A DNA stretch of 63,686 nt, the filler included, from Octopus bimaculoides (taxonomy: Eukaryota), in NCBI RefSeq assembly GCF_001194135.2. It is 7 parts of 7 records of this genome, joined end to end, with 100 filler letters (N's around TTAATTAATTAA, not from the genome) between each part and the next. Parts side by side here need not be neighbours in the genome. Positions count along the whole stretch, not along the records: positions 54,884 to 62,131 come from NC_068989.1; positions 62,232 to 63,686 come from NW_026434950.1; 5 more parts are not named here. One strand, 5' to 3'. A program made the translations under genes and the position numbers. The notes below the pieces were generated by a model. That model searched no databases. It had not been told where the DNA came from and saw only the letters and a list, made by a program, of their open reading frames with translations. Below, piece after piece: positions 62,127-63,686 of the stretch (its first letter is position 1; each line of letters begins with the position of its first letter).

Positions 62127-63686
62127 TTACTNNNNNNNNNNNNNNNNNNNNNNNNNNNNNNNNNNNNNNNNNNNNTTAATTAATTAANNNNNNNNNNNNN
62201 NNNNNNNNNNNNNNNNNNNNNNNNNNNNNNNTTTCTCAGACTGCTTTGTATTCTATGTTCTGTAGTGACTACATTATACAGGCTTGGCAAGAAAGTGAAA
62301 TGTCAAAAGTGATCATAATATTTACTGTTTATACACTTTGTTTTTGTTTTTGTTTTGTTTTTTATAAATTTACCAATTCCAAACATAATTAATTCTGATT
62401 ATCAACTTTAAAATTATTAAGTATTTTAACGACGTGTTCAACGATATTAATCAACAATTAAAAGCTTGTTACTAACATCTAGTTGATTTTTGGATTAAGG
62501 AGTGATATGAATGTATACGACTGAAGAACACATAAGTGACTCAACTGGAATGGCATCAGTTGAAAGTTATTTAATTATCAACATCTATAATAAAATTCTT
62601 TGCATGTTGAAAACTACTCTTCAATATAACTGAAGAAAAGATAGAGAAATCTAACCATTCTGTCTGTCTTTGAAGACATATCTGTCAGTCTCTGTTATTG
62701 GTTATCACATCAGAGGAGGAAACAACTTGTTGCAGGTGTCCAGTAAGTGAAACATCATTGGATTACAGTAATGCTTCAATATTTCCTTATTTATGGACAC
62801 ACGTAGCATCTGTTGATTGTTTTCACATGTCTCACAATGTTATGTTCTATATCTCTGATTCCATTTATTCATTTTATGTTAACGAGGTGTCTTTGGTAGA
62901 AGGTATGCCAGTTTGATTTCCTTGTATCATTACTACACCACATCATGAGCATTATTATTGCCATCATCATCATGTTGCACATGTGCTTCTAGATATATTG
63001 GTGATATCTCATCTTTCATGAAGTAACTATGAAGAACACTGCCTATGGTTTCTTTACATCACATACGAAACTTGAAAATATCTTGTTACTACAATGTATT
63101 CAATGTGTAATTATGTTTTCCAAATCTAATACTCAATATATTTCCATTAATATTATAAAACAGGCCTTTTATAGCTTACTTTACTGATACTGTAGAATAT
63201 TTGTAGAACATTACATGTTGTGGTAGTGAAGTTTATTTTACTGTGAAAACTATATTGAATTCAGACAAGTAGAATGTAGCAACATAATTTTTTCCTTTTT
63301 ATGAAATTACCCAAAGATTTTCTCCAGAGAATATGTATTAAGCATTCTGTGTTTAAATTCTCTTGCCAATTATGTGTGCTACCAGCACAACTGTAACTTC
63401 ACCAGTCATGTACATTATCAGTAGAACTCGAGCCAGTGAGGGGGATTCCATGCAGTCAGTAGCTTAGAATGCTAGAAATGGCTGCTTAATCTCACTCAAA
63501 TTATACCCTACTTTCTTAAATGAAGAAGGAAATGTGAATGCAGTCCTAGATAACTTTAAAAACATGGAATGGTCACAGTTGAAATTCCTTTGATCATAGA
63601 TCTGCTCAGTAGGAGTTGATATTTTGCATGTCCCTGCTACTACTACTACTAAAATTACTCCCAGGTGTACTAATGTGCATAAACTA

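Overview
AT-rich, microsatellite-dense animal genomic DNA with many assembly gaps. The repeat families and composition suggest an octopus or other coleoid cephalopod (inference, no database search). The window is mostly intronic or intergenic sequence built from nested transposons. LINE-type elements: four R4/Dong-like 3' ends, three Tx1/L1-like 3' ends, two RTE elements (one internally inverted), a HERO fossil, a CR1/Jockey-group fossil and Penelope-like elements. Others: a Gypsy element with both LTRs and a TSD but no RT/RNaseH, a full-length DD37D (maT) Tc1/mariner inside a SINE, hAT and mariner fossils, several MITEs and two tRNA-derived SINE families. The only host-gene sequence I recognise is a terminal exon resembling the calpain-5 C2 domain (21425-21607, minus). 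Most notable observations: (i) five minimal hammerhead-ribozyme-like motifs; (ii) (AAT)n tracts reused by Dong, Tx1 and a SINE that shares the Tx1 3' tail, including a seven-copy head-to-tail SINE pile-up; (iii) a promoter-like island with two uORFs and a 45-aa ORF near a CpG-depletion boundary at about 22-23 kb. Most repeat boundaries are by-eye estimates (about +/-20 bp) unless a TSD or TIR is quoted.
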